Shown piece after piece: positions 25,264-37,899 of a DNA stretch of 64,000 nt. Source of the stretch: Octopus vulgaris (lineage: Eukaryota); contig OX597831.1 in the NCBI GenBank assembly GCA_951406725.2, forward strand, positions 5,766,001 through 5,830,000, in the 5' to 3' direction. Every line of letters begins with the position of its first letter. Position 1 is the first letter of the stretch. Below the pieces are notes generated by a model. It had not been told where the DNA came from, made no database searches, and was given only the letters and a program-made list of their open reading frames with translations. A program made the position numbers and the translations under genes.

Positions 25264-26394
25264 TCCTTCTTTCTTTCTTTCTTTTTTTCTTTCTTTCTTC
25301 CTTTCCTCTCTCTCTATCTATCTAGCTATCTATCTAACGGCAACATATTTTTCTAAAGAGCTATGTATGTCATCATTCAGTTTATTTCAAGATTTCTTGC
25401 CAATAGAGAAAGAACCGGTTTCTAACCTAGATCCAAGGCTCCTTCATTGGAATTTCAACATCAACAACAGGGTATTTATGTTTGTATGTATGTATATATA
25501 TATATATATATCTATGTCTTTTTTTTTACACACACTTAAATACATATATTTACAACTGGCTTCTTTCAATTTCCTTCCACCAAATCCACTAACAAGGTTT
25601 TGGTTGATCTGGGGCTATAGTAGAAGACACTTGCCCAGGGTGTCACACAGTGAGGCAGAACCCAGAACCATGTGGTTGGAGCAAACTTCTTACCTCACAG
25701 CTGTGCCTGTACCTAAACATAGATTCCAACAAGAGAGAGAGAAAACGTGAAATGAAATTGAAAATCAATGCAAGAAATAAACTGAAGTCATACAAATGAG
25801 AAAAAAGTTTAAAACTTTGATTTTTATTGAATTTTGGTCTGAGTCCAACTTTCAATGTGTAATAAAACGCTTTTCAATTGGCTGTCCGGAAAGTTCGTGC
25901 CGATTTTTAAAGGAAAGAAAAAGGTCAATAAATACTTGCCATTACCCAAGCTTTACTAGTGCTGATGAACGATGGATTTTGATAGGTTGAGGCTTTCTGC
26001 CAATTCTCGGGTTGTGCAATGTGGGTTATTCTCAATTAATGACTTGATTTGGTCATCAATACTAAAAAAGTAAAAAAGCAGTAAAAATAATCCAGAATCC
26101 TTGTCCGGAACTGGATTGATCCCAAAATCTAATCAGTTTGTGCCAGTCACAAGGCCAAGCATTTCCTTCAAATCCATCCAGTGGTTCTTGAGATATCTTG
26201 TCACAAACAAACAAACGAACAAACATAAATGAAAACAATACCTCTGCCTTAGCTAAGGTGGAGGTAATTATTGCTGGATACGGCTGGTTTAAATGCTAAA
26301 AGGTTAGATTTAAAAGCAAAACACTGTAAAAAGAAAATAAAACTATTGAAAATTGAAAATTCTATTCTTCTCCTTTAATATTACAATTTGCATC

Positions 26395-26950
26395 ACCGGT
26401 CCGGAACCCCTATCTTGCCCAGGATATTAATCGTGTGGAAACCGTTCAGCGACGTGCAACCAAGATTATACCCTCCATCAGGCATTTGCCATATTCTGAA
26501 CGCCTTACTTCCCTGGGCATGGACACATTGAAACTCCAACGTCTGGCAGCTGACTTGGCAGACACCCATAAAATTATTAACCATCTTACAAACAATAACT
26601 CTGAGCACCTTTTCAAACTCCACCTGTCTAACACTCGTGGACATGTTTACAAAGTCAGAAAAGAGCACAGCTCCCATGACTTTCGGAAACATTTTTTCAC
26701 GCTAAGAGTTGCTGAAGCATGGAACAAACTGTCAGCATCTGTTGTTAGTTGTCGGAGCACTGCATCCTTCAAAACTTCCATGCTTCCTGAGATTCGCCAA
26801 CAAAACACTTGATTTTCTCCCCTCCATACACACGCAAGCATGTATCTGACTCATACACTGTTCGCTTTCCAGACATTTGTACATTACTGCATATGCTTTA
26901 TATGCACTTTTGACAAATTGTGGTGCACCTGAGCACTGTATACAATAATT

Positions 26951-27019
<69 letters not shown>

Positions 27020-27024
27020 TTATT
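26395..27024 (+). mobile_element. CR1-clade LINE 3' fragment with (ATT)n tail
   Basis: ETVQRRATKIIPSIRHLPYSERL...SNTRGHVYKV...RKHFFTLRVAEAWNKL...TASFK, then a 3' UTR and (att)n from 26955. Confidence 0.9.
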
Positions 27025-27465
27025 ACAGCACCTGCCACCCGAATATAGTGTAGATCTTAGAACAATGGTGTTGAAGAATTAGGTAAATAGATTTAGCTAC
27101 AGTTGAAGTTGTTATGGCATGGAACAGAAGAAAATGGGAATAATTTTCTGACTTTTGGAATAAACTTTCAAAGACAGGAAAGAACAAAATAAAATGCTTT
27201 TATTTTTACTTGTTTCAGTCATTAGACTGTGGCCATGCTGGGGCACCATCCTGAGGAATTTTTGGTCAACTGAATCAACCCCAGGACTTAGTTTCTTTTT
27301 TTAGACCTGATATTTATTCTATCAATTTCTTTTTGCCAAACCACAAAGTACTGAGACATAAACACACCATCACCAGTTATCAAGCGGTGGTGGGGGACAA
27401 ACACAGACACACACATAGATGTAAATATATATATATATAGACACGACAAGTTTCTTTTAGTTTCC

Positions 27466-27880
27466 TGTTTCTTTATTGCTCACAAGGGGCTAAACATAGA
27501 GGGGACAAACAAGGAGAGACAAAGGGATTAAGTCGATTACATCGACCCCAGTGAAGCACTGGTACTTAATTTATTGACCCCGAAAGGATGAAAGGCAAAA
27601 TCGACCTCGGCAGAATTTGAATTTAGAACGTAAAGAGAGATGAAATACCTATTTCTTTACTGCCCACAAGGGGTTAAACACAGAGGGGACAAACAAGGAC
27701 AGACAAACGGATTAAGTCGATTATATCGACCCCAGTACGTAACTGGTACTTATTTAATCGACCCCGAAATGATGAAAGGCAAAGTCGACCTCGGCGGAAT
27801 TTGAACTCAGAACGTAACGGCAGACGAAATACCGCTAAGCATTTCACCCGGCGTGCTAACGATTCTGTCAGCTTGTCACC
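27466..27880 (-). mobile_element. Dimeric SINE family A inserted into a family B SINE, 15 bp TSD
   Basis: TSD tttcttttagtttcc at 27451-27465 and 27881-27895. Internal junction gaaatacctatttctttac. Confidence 0.88.
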
Positions 27881-29085
27881 TTTCTTTTAGTTTCCATGTA
27901 CCGAATCCACTCACAAGGCTTTGGTTGGTCTGAGGTTATAGTAGAAAACACTTGCCCAAGGTGTCATGCTGTGGGATTAAGCCTGGAACCATGTGGTTGA
28001 GAAGCAAGCTTCTTACCACTCAGCCACATTTGTACCTATGTAATTTACTTCTTTTTGACAAAGAGCAAAAAAACTGTATAAGAGAAGGATTTAGCTGGAA
28101 GTTGTGATGTTCATGCTTTTCTGAAAGTTGCATAACTGAAATGAAAATTAGGCAAATGATTGATTAAAATACAAGATGTATGTTCGTGACTGGCTCAGTG
28201 AACTTTGACAGAAATAGAAACATAAGGACCGGTTTCCCGGTTTCCTTGGTGTATAGGTTCCCCACCTGGATGGGATGCCGGTCCGTCGCAGGTGAGCTGC
28301 AAGATGCAGGAGGAAAGAATGAGAGAAAGTTGTGGCGAAAGAGTCAGCAGAAGTTCACCATTACCTTCTGCCAGAGACACGTGGAACTTAGGTGTTTCGC
28401 TCATAAACACACACATCGCCCAGTCTGAGATTCGAACCTGCAATTCCTTGACCACGAGTCCGCTGCTCTAACCACTAGGCCATGGACCTCCACCAAATAG
28501 AAACAATGAGGTGGTACAGTATACTACAAGCAATGCAACCAGACATTTCAAGCGATTCTTCATAGAGGCAACCTTTAAGTTTATAACCTAAAGCAGATCA
28601 GTTTGAATCAACAAGTGAAAGCCTTCATGGGGTCAGTCAGCCTACTAGAAATAACAGCTAAGTCTCCCCAAAATCATGCTTAGTGTAGTCATGGATACAC
28701 TATGTCTGAAAATCACAAGTGGAATATGTATTCACATGGGCTGAGCTGTAACTAAGCAACTAAACATAAAGCTAACCATCTCTCACTTTACAATAAATAT
28801 GTAATCATTAAATTGGAAATTTTGATATATCTCATCATTTTCTTTTTTTTTTTTTTGCCTCTGTAGTTGTAAATTTCAATAAAAATATATGGTTCTTCCT
28901 CCTTGGCATGTCTTTGTATTAAAGATGAATCTTCAATTTAGCTTTGATATGAATACGTGTTATTGGCAAATGATCAAAAGCGATATTTCTTGGTACTTGT
29001 GTCTTAGTCGTCATTATCCAGCTGTATCAGTCAGCCAGGAAGGAAGTTCTGTGACACGTTTAGTCATTAATCAGCAATATATATA

Positions 29086-29405
29086 TTGGGTTGTCCGGAA
29101 AGTTTGTGCCGATTTTTAAAGGAAAGAAAAAGGTCGATAAATACTTGCCATTACATTTTTAATCAACCAAATATGAACCATTTTGTTGCACCATACGTCT
29201 CCCTCTTTCCTTTAACTTGAAAATACCCTCTTCCCAGAATTGAGGTGGTTTCATGGCAAATAATTCATCAAGGTATCTTTTTACATCATCCAAGGAATTG
29301 AAATTTTTACCATTAAGACTATTCTGCAGAAACCTGAATAAGTGGAAATCCGAAGGAGCAATATCTGGTGAATATGGAGGGTGGGGTAACACATCCCAGC
29401 CGAGG
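29086..29405 (-). mobile_element. Mariner transposase C-terminal fragment plus TIR
   Basis: LGWDVLPHPPYSPDIAPSDFHLF...FWEEGIFKL...QNGSY*. The end tattgggttgtccggaaagtttgtgccgattttt is also present at 25876. Confidence 0.9.
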
Positions 29406-30210
29406 TGCGGCAATATTTATGTTCTCCTTTTAGGGTTCAATAAACGAAGTTAGGTCGTTTCAACTAGGAACTGAACCTACATTGCCGCCTGCCTTTGGCA
29501 ACAGTGTATTTCTTGCTCTAAAGTTCTCACAACATCTAAAGAGAACATATTCATATTCTCTCTTTAGTCTCTCATAAAGATAAAAATCAATGCTTTTAAA
29601 ACAACAACAACAACAACAACAGCAACATCATCATAAGCAGTTAAGTCATTAATCAATATATAATTTATGTTTGAAGCGAACACTTTCTATATTTCTTCTT
29701 GCAATCACCATATTGGTTTGACCTGATTAACTTCATCTCACCTTTTTCTTCTTCAGTGACATCTCACACCTTCGTCAGAGAAATGATTCAGCGATGCCAT
29801 TACTCAAAGAAGTTCAATTAGTCCTGCAAGAACCATAGTTATACTCAAAGACACGGCCTGACTTCATACTGAGCCCACGTTCTCAAAGAGTCGGTTCCAC
29901 TTTTAGGTTGACACTAGGAAGAAAAAAAGACGAAACAAATCACCTAATCATTGCTTTTATGACTTGTTTCAGTTGTTGCACTGTGGCCATGCTGGGGCAC
30001 CACCTTGAAGGATTTTAGTGAAACAAATCAACCGCAGTTCTTACTTTGCTTTCAAAGATTGGTGCTTACTCTATCAGTAACTTTTGCCAAATCACTAAGT
30101 TTCAGGGATATAAACAAACCTACACTGGTTGTCAAGTAGTGGTGGGGGAACAAACACAAACATGAACACACATAAATGCACGCATGCACACATATACATA
30201 TATAAATATC

Positions 30211-30252
<42 letters not shown>

Positions 30253-30333
30253 AATTTTTAAGTATATGATTATAATTAAGGGCACTGGCCACTGATATCA
30301 TCATTTTGATTATATTCTCAATTCATAAGTATA

Positions 30334-30382
<49 letters not shown>

Positions 30383-30843
30383 CTTTTCTTTTATTCTTTT
30401 ATTTGTTTCAGTCATTTGACTGTGGCCATGCTGGAGCACTGCCTTTAGTCAAACGAATTAATCCCAGGACTCACTGTTTGTAAGCCTATAGTACTTATAT
30501 ATACTTATATATAATATGCACAGCTGACAAGCACATATATATATATATATCCCGTCCAACCCATGCTAGCATGGAAAACAGACGTTAAATGATGATGATG
30601 ATGATATATATATATATATATATATATGAAGATATAATCTAAAATTTTTTATCATCTCCACAAGATTAGGGTGATATCATTCAAAAGGTAAAACAATGTA
30701 AGCTATCACACATTATAAGCAGCTGTGTGTAACATCATCCGGTTGTCTGGTGGTACAGTGATACGGTGATATGTGTGCACGTGTGTGTGCGTGTGTGTGT
30801 GTGCATGTGTGTATGTGTATGTATGTGTGTGCATGAAATGATA

Positions 30844-30883
<40 letters not shown>

Positions 30884-30966
30884 GAGAGAGAGAGAGAGAG
30901 AGAGAAAGAGAAGGAGATAAGGAGAGAGAAAGAGAAAGAGAGAGTAAGCTAGCTAGCTAGCTAGAG

Positions 30967-31029
<63 letters not shown>

Positions 31030-31494
31030 GATATATTTAGATATAAACAGAAAGGTATTTAGCACTTTACTAACGTATTATGTAAGCAATGTGGAAAGTC
31101 ACCAATTTAGTGTGAGTGATCTCTTATTTTGAATTATACAAGTGTTATGAATGTTAGAATGCATGTTTGTAAACGAGACATTGTAACTTTATTCAGAATG
31201 TAATGAGACCAGACAAGAGATGAACCAACCGGGTGTATATGCAGGGGTCAGAGGAAAGTGATAAAGCTTACTATTGAACAAATGGTTTAGAAGCTTGTGG
31301 CACTAAAGTGGATAAGAAATGCAAAAGGGCAGGTTCCATCTTTGAGAAAGTATGTGGTGTGTGTCGAGTCCATTCGCTGACTGACGAGAAATCGTACGCC
31401 AGCTAACAAGGTTAATAACTGCTCTTTGATATTCCTATGCACCCAGCATTGGTTGCAGTTGCGATAGCATGATTGTGCTAGTCTACGACTCTAC

Positions 31495-31535
<41 letters not shown>

Positions 31536-32574
31536 AAAAAAGGAGATGTCGAACACGAGTGGTGATATATAAAAAAGGAAATGAAGAAAATGCTGACAAA
31601 TAATTGAAGTAATTTAAGTAATTTAATTAGGTGAAAGTTCTATTTACCGGTTGCGCATTTGTTATGCTTATCAAAATATAAAAGAGAGATTAGAGTCTGT
31701 CTCTTATATGTGAAAAAAGAGGCTCCAGAGTTGTTTTGGATTTGCTTGGTTTCGCGCCTAAAATTTTGATTGGTCATTATGAAGGGGTCACGTGAATGTT
31801 TGAATGGAAGTTGGTGTTGGGGTAAGAAAAAAGGCTCCAGAGAAGTTAAAATTTGGCTAGTGTCCCGCCTAAAATTTCTTATTGGCCATAATAAAGAGGT
31901 CACGTGAATGTTTAGAATTTTCGAAAATAGTGTTGTTGAAAATTCTTATTGTTCAGGCTGGTCAGTAGACGTCATGTGGATATTTTAAATAGCTTTTTAG
32001 CGCGTAGTTAGGGAGTGTATTTTCCGCTTGACTGGATAAGTAAGTTCGTTTAGAACAGGGAGAGCTGTATGTATGTATGTGTGTGCGCGCGCGCGCGCGT
32101 GTGTGTTTATATGTATGTTGGGGCGCGCGCGCGTGTATATATGTGTGTGTGTGTGGGTACAATTTTCAATATTTATAGTTCTGCTGGCCTTGTGCCTGTA
32201 TCGGGAAGCAACGTATTTGTGTGAAGTCAATATTTACAGCCATTTCCAAAAAATAGTGTTGGATGTTTTGCACCCGTATTCAATTATGTGTATGTGTGGA
32301 ACCATATATTTGTGTGTGTCATGGTGTTAATATCTGGGTAAAGGTGTGTGTAGGGTGTGTGCAGGTGTAAGTGTGTTTGTTGTGGGTTCGTGTTAGGGGC
32401 ATGTGTTTAGAAGTGGTCTGTATTTATTAATAAGGTGGGATTCCATGGTTATTCGCTGGGTATGAGTGGCATTGTCTTTAAATTTGTAGAGGGAAAGATT
32501 CTAAAATTGGGATGGAGTTGTGCGGCACAGGTATCAATATGTGCACTAAATGCTATTTTTCTATATTCCTGTAT

Positions 32575-32733
32575 TTTAGTGCACATATTGATACCTGTGC
32601 CGCACAACTCCATCCCAATTTTAGAATCTTTCCCCTCTACAAATTTAAAGACAATGCCACTCATACCCAGCGAATAACCATGGAATCCCACCTTATTAAT
32701 AAATACAGACCACTTCTAAACACATGCCCCTAA
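32575..32733 (+). pseudogene. C-terminal fragment of a PLE GIY-YIG endonuclease domain
   Basis: FSAHIDTCAAQLHPNFRIFPLYKFKDNATHTQRITMESHLINKYRPLLN* has the H...R..E...I.....LN pattern ending GIY-YIG domains. The minus-strand copy extends through the spacer (IQEYRKIAFSAHID). Confidence 0.7.
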
Positions 32734-33448
32734 CACGAACCCACAACAAACACACTTACACCTGCACACACCCTACACACACCTTTACCCAGATATTAAC
32801 ACCATGACACACACAAATATATGGTTCCACACATACACATAATTGAATACGGGTGCAAAACATCCAACACTATTTTTTGGAAATGGCTGTAAATATTGAC
32901 TTCACACAAATACGTTGCTTCCCGATACAGGCACAAGGCCAGCAGAACTATAAATATTGAAAATTGTACCCACACACACACACATATATACACGCGCGCG
33001 CGCCCCAACATACATATAAACACACACGCGCGCGCGCGCGCACACACATACATACATACAGCTCTCCCTGTTCTAAACGAACTTACTTATCCAGTCAAGC
33101 GGAAAATACACTCCCTAACTACGCGCTAAAAAGCTATTTAAAATATCCACATGACGTCTACTGACCAGCCTGAACAATAAGAATTTTCAACAACACTATT
33201 TTCGAAAATTCTAAACATTCACGTGACCTCTTTATTATGGCCAATAAGAAATTTTAGGCGGGACACTAGCCAAATTTTAACTTCTCTGGAGCCTTTTTTC
33301 TTACCCCAACACCAACTTCCATTCAAACATTCACGTGACCCCTTCATAATGACCAATCAAAATTTTAGGCGCGAAACCAAGCAAATCCAAAACAACTCTG
33401 GAGCCTCTTTTTTTCACATATAAGAGACAGACTCTAATCTCTCTTTTA

Positions 33449-33486
33449 TATTTTGATAAGCATAACAAATGCGCAACCGGTAAATA
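33449..33486 (+). ncRNA. Hammerhead-like variant (U3-A8 core, GCAA in place of GAAA); mirror copy at 31641-31678 (-)
   Basis: tatt TTGATAA gcat aacaa atgc GCAA ccgg TA aata. Confidence 0.5.
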
Positions 33487-33610
33487 GAACTTTCACCTAA
33501 TTAAATTACTTAAATTACTTCAATTATTTGTCAGCATTTTCTTCATTTCCTTTTATATATATATATATATATATATATAATCAAAATAAAAACACGATGC
33601 CAAGGATTCA

Positions 33611-33688
33611 GCGGTACATATGTTTCGGGCCTTTATTAGACGGATTTATAACAATGCATAATGTGTGTCTATGGCCTTCTTCAGCCGC
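33611..33688 (-). ncRNA. Type I hammerhead ribozyme with long stem II insertion
   Basis: Minus strand: gcgg CTGAAGA a ggcc a tagac...gtcta ataaa ggcc c GAAA catatg TA ccgc. Confidence 0.8.
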
Positions 33689-33923
33689 ATACAATTACTA
33701 CTTCAAGGACATGTATTACATTATAAGTTTTACGTTGGGGATGCAAATCTTCACAGTCGCGTACGACAGGGTGGGGCACTAGCACAAAAACGAAGCATCC
33801 ATCTCGTCTTTCAATATATATATATAGAGAGAGAGTTCAAATTTACAGAATACAAAAGACAAAGATGGGTGTAGGAACAACAAGCAAGCGTGTTTGTTTA
33901 ACGCTTGAGAAGAATGCACAAGT

Positions 33924-33959
33924 TTTTTATGTTTCGAGCCAATGCTCTTCCACAGAAAG
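33924..33959 (-). ncRNA. Degenerate hammerhead-like motif (U6 core family)
   Basis: Minus strand: cttt CTGTGGA a gagc attg gctc GAAA ca TA aaa. Confidence 0.45.
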
Positions 33960-34454
33960 GAGTAAGATGGAAAAAAGGAGAGAGAATGAAAAAGTAAAAA
34001 CAGAGAGAAAAAGAGTGTTTAGGGAACATGATGAAATAGCCAGAAGAAAGAGGTTGAATGAAATGGAGATAATAATCCTATATATATCTCATATATAAAA
34101 TCCGTTCTGTGTGTGTGTGTCTCTTCAAGGATCTCGGGCATCCTCCATCCAATTGCGCTCAAATATGATATGTAGATACCGACGGTATCAGGACGTGTAT
34201 AAATCTTGAAAAAATTACAAAAATCGATTCCAGGTGAGAATGCGATCGATAAAGCCGTGGGAACGTGCATTTGTACGTGCTAGTACATCAGTCAAAATCC
34301 GTCTTTTGCTGGTGTCTCAAATGTAGGTTAAATCAGTGTTTCTCAAAGGGGAGGCCTATGGGACGGTCGAACAAGTTGTTTTCAGAAAATTTGGTTTAAA
34401 TCTTTGACAACTCAGCACCGTCCACTGGACGGTAGGGGGCACGTTTTGCTCGTG

Positions 34455-34560
<106 letters not shown>

Positions 34561-35844
34561 CAGACAGACAGGGACAGAGACAGACAGACAGACGGTCAGA
34601 TTCAGAAAGAGACAGAGAAAAAGTAAGAATGACATTGTATCATTGCAGGAAACAAAAAGGCTTTTATTTCTTGTAGAAAATGATTGTAGGGCAAAGCCAA
34701 GGGGATAGGAAAAAACTGAAACTTTTCATGACAATATTGTGTTCCACCAATGACAACAATCATTTATGAAAAACTAGTTTTGACCCATTGTTGTTATTTA
34801 ACGATTTCAGTATTAGCAAATCCATAGCGTCTATGACCACCATGGAAGCCACCAGGATGATGCCCAACATGTCCTCTGATGTCACAAAGATAAGGTAACT
34901 GTCGTTCATCACCCACGTAGTCTGCAGAAGGGTGTATTAATTTTGAACCCTTTATTTGTCTGGTAGTCCCGCTTGAGGAACATAATAATAAATAAATGCG
35001 CCCTTTTAAAGGCTAGCAAGGCTCATGGACCCGGTTTCCAGGTTTCAATGGTGTATGTGTTCCCCAGCTGGACGGGACGCCAGTCCATCGCAGCGTTACT
35101 CATTTTTGCCAGCTGAGTGGACTGGAGCAATGTGAAATGAAGTGTTTTGCTCAAGAACACAAGGCGTCAACCGGTCCAGGAATCGAAACCACAATCTTAC
35201 GATCATGATGCTGACACCTTAACCACTAAGCCATGCACCTCCACGCTTGAGGAGCATAAATGTCTTCGTTGTATCTTTCAAGACTAGTCTGAGTTTTCTA
35301 TTGCATACTCTAACTACCTCAATCACTTCGCCTACCTATTTCTCCGCTAAAAGTATGCCAACAGCCTTACGCATCACGGTTGCCTTCCATGAAAACTTAA
35401 TACCTGTGGTATGCGCAGGTGTGACTGTGTGGCAAGAAGCTTGCTTCCTAACCACATGGTTCCACGTTCAGTCCTTCTGCATGGCACCTTGGGAAAGTGT
35501 TTTTTACTATAGCCTCGGACTAGCCAAAGTCTGGTGAGTGGATTTGTTGGCGGAAACTGAAAGAAGCCCATTGTATACATATATATGTGTGTATATGTAT
35601 GTATGTGTGTGTATGTGTCTTTGTGTCTGTGTTTGTCACCCGCCACTGCTTGACAACCGGTGTTGGTATGTTTACGTCCCTGTAACTCGCTGTTCGGTAA
35701 AAGAGATTGTTAGAATAATTACTAGGCTTTAAAAATGTACCGGAGTCGATTCGTTCGACTAAAAGTTCTTCAAGGCGGTGCTTCGACAAGGCCACAGTCT
35801 AATAATTGAAACAGGTGGAAATTAAACGATAAAAGAAAAGATGT

Positions 35845-35990
35845 TCTTTTCCTGTAAAGAGTCTGACTGAGGCTCCCTTTCATCTTACCTCTTGCATGCC
35901 GCACACATCTACAAGTCTCTGTTCTAGCATTTCAGCAATCTCACCAGGTTTACCTTTCAATGTGCCTACATTGACAGTGGGTGCTATAAG
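35845..35990 (-). mobile_element. RTE-type LINE apurinic endonuclease N-terminal fragment
   Basis: Minus strand TVNVGTLKGKPGEIAEMLEQRLVDVCGMQEVR*KGASVRL contains the APE motifs NV.T and QE. Confidence 0.8.
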
Positions 35991-37348
35991 GATGCTGAAT
36001 GGGTGAGTAGAGCGAAGAGGGAACTAAGAAACAGCATTCAGCATCTGAAAAGGGGAGGCTTTGCAGGGAAACTGCTCTTGCACATTATCTGCAACACAAA
36101 TCAAGTATTATTGCTCATCTGAATACCTATTCGGTTAGATCCTTAAACATTCAGAGCCAACTAAGTATAGAAAAGGAATAAAGAAGGGAAAACATTGTGT
36201 GAAAGTCTAGCATTAAGATGATGGTAGTTTTAGGAGGAATGGGGTAAAATGATAATGAAGGCATTCTGAGAGACATTAAGTCTCTCAGAAAAAAGAAACT
36301 TACTTAGAACAAAAAGATAATGTTTGAAGTCTTGTACTCCAGATACTACAACGCTAAGAAATATACATTCTAAGTAAACAGCTATAAAGAAAATGCATCG
36401 CAAACTCTTGATTTCGTACGTACATACTACAAGGAAGTTAATACGTTCTAACGGGGGAAACTGTACCGGTTGTCACAAAAATGTTATGAATGAATGAGAA
36501 AATGGATAAATTGCAAGGGTTTTGAGTGAAATTATTATATTACATACTCAGAGAAATAGAGAGAAAGAGAGAGAGAGGGGGGAGAGAAAGAGTGAGGGAG
36601 AGGGAAGGGAGAGAGGGGGAGGGAGACGTGGTCAAGAATTTAGCTTAGCTTCATCGATATTCACACTTAATAAATACATAGAAGCATGGTTGTTCGTGTC
36701 GTTAAGAAGGTCGCTTTGTAACCATTTGACTTCAGGCTCAGTCGCACTGCGCGGCACATTGGGCAAGTGTCTTCCATTATTGGCTCGAGTGGCCCAAAAC
36801 CTTGTGAGTGAATCTGATGTTTGCTTGCATCACCGTAACTTAGCGGTTCGGCATAAGTGTTCGATAGAGAAAAACACCTTATTTAAAAGGATTGGGGACG
36901 ATTTGTTTCACTTGAAGGAGGTGCCCCAGGATTTCCACAGTCCAGTGCCTGAGTCAGGTAAAAGACAAAATATACATAGAAGTATGTATATATAATATAT
37001 CCAGTATGTATATATAATATATGAAGGCGATGAGCTGGCAGAAACGTTTGCACGCCGGGCGAAGTGCTGAGCGGTATTTCGTCTGCCGCTACGTTCTGAG
37101 TTCAAATTCTGCCAGGATCAACTTCCCCTTTCATCCTTTCGGGATCGATTAAATAAGTACCAGTTACGAACTGGGGTCGATATAATCGACTTAATCCGTT
37201 TGTCTGTCCTTGTTTGTCCACTCTGTGTGTAGCTCCTTGTAGGCAGTAAAGAAATAATATATATCATATAATGTATCTGTCTCTATAATATGTATAATAT
37301 ATATATATACACACACACATATATATGCATATATATGTATATATATAC

Positions 37349-37399
<51 letters not shown>

Positions 37400-37899
37400 C
37401 TAACAGGAGTACCCGGCGTTACTCGGATATTAAATACTCGGCTATGGTCTTAATAGGTTCTACCATGTTTTTCGTTGTAGATCTCTGAATATTTTTTGTG
37501 TTAAGCTGCAATCATTGACATTGAGGAAAAAGTGATTTTTCTCAAGTGTCATTTATTAGTTGAACAACCAAACGCCAGAGGAGGTGCTCGAAGTTCGGGT
37601 AATGGTGGTGGAGGGAAATGTTTACAAATCACACAATGTCTTGCCATCACAGGCATTTTATCCTGTGAGATTGGTGTTGAAAAGATATTATCTAATTATG
37701 AGGGAATTAGTGTAAACGGCGCGAACTAAGTGCCAGTAGTAATTTTTGTACGCGAAGGAGTGAGAGTAGAAGGTTGACCTAGACCTAGCCCTCTGCAAAA
37801 AGGTGAAGCTGTTGGAGTGGGAGGAGTGGGAGGAGTGTCCACGTTTTGTAGTTTTCTGTAGAACCCGGATGCACAGGGACAAACCCTCCATATTTGCCG

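Larger units (their letters stand above)
31565..33560. mobile_element. Penelope-like element insertion forming a ~2 kb palindrome (two ~985 bp inverted arms, 24 bp spacer)
   Basis: Arms 31565-32550 and 32575-33560 are reverse complements, as shown by the mirror-image ORFs. (TA)n lies on both sides. The arms start with a GIY-YIG C-terminus-like peptide. Confidence 0.9.

Noticed and set aside
25960-25985. CTGATGA as a hammerhead core
   Set aside because: No downstream stem II-GAAA. It reads SADERWI, like a mariner catalytic motif, and lies beside a mariner end.
31378-31400. CTGACGA-GAAA as a hammerhead core
   Set aside because: There is no stem II between the boxes and no stem I.
31565-33560. 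The palindrome as a pure sequencing fold-back artefact
   Set aside because: Provisionally rejected: distinct sequence resumes beyond both arms at (TA)n boundaries, and the spacer continues the element reading frame. The homopolymer-only differences still warrant a read check.
37400-37800. Helitron end plus a possible transposase Cys-rich fragment (minus strand ARHCVICK)
   Set aside because: Too short and degenerate to assign without a database search.
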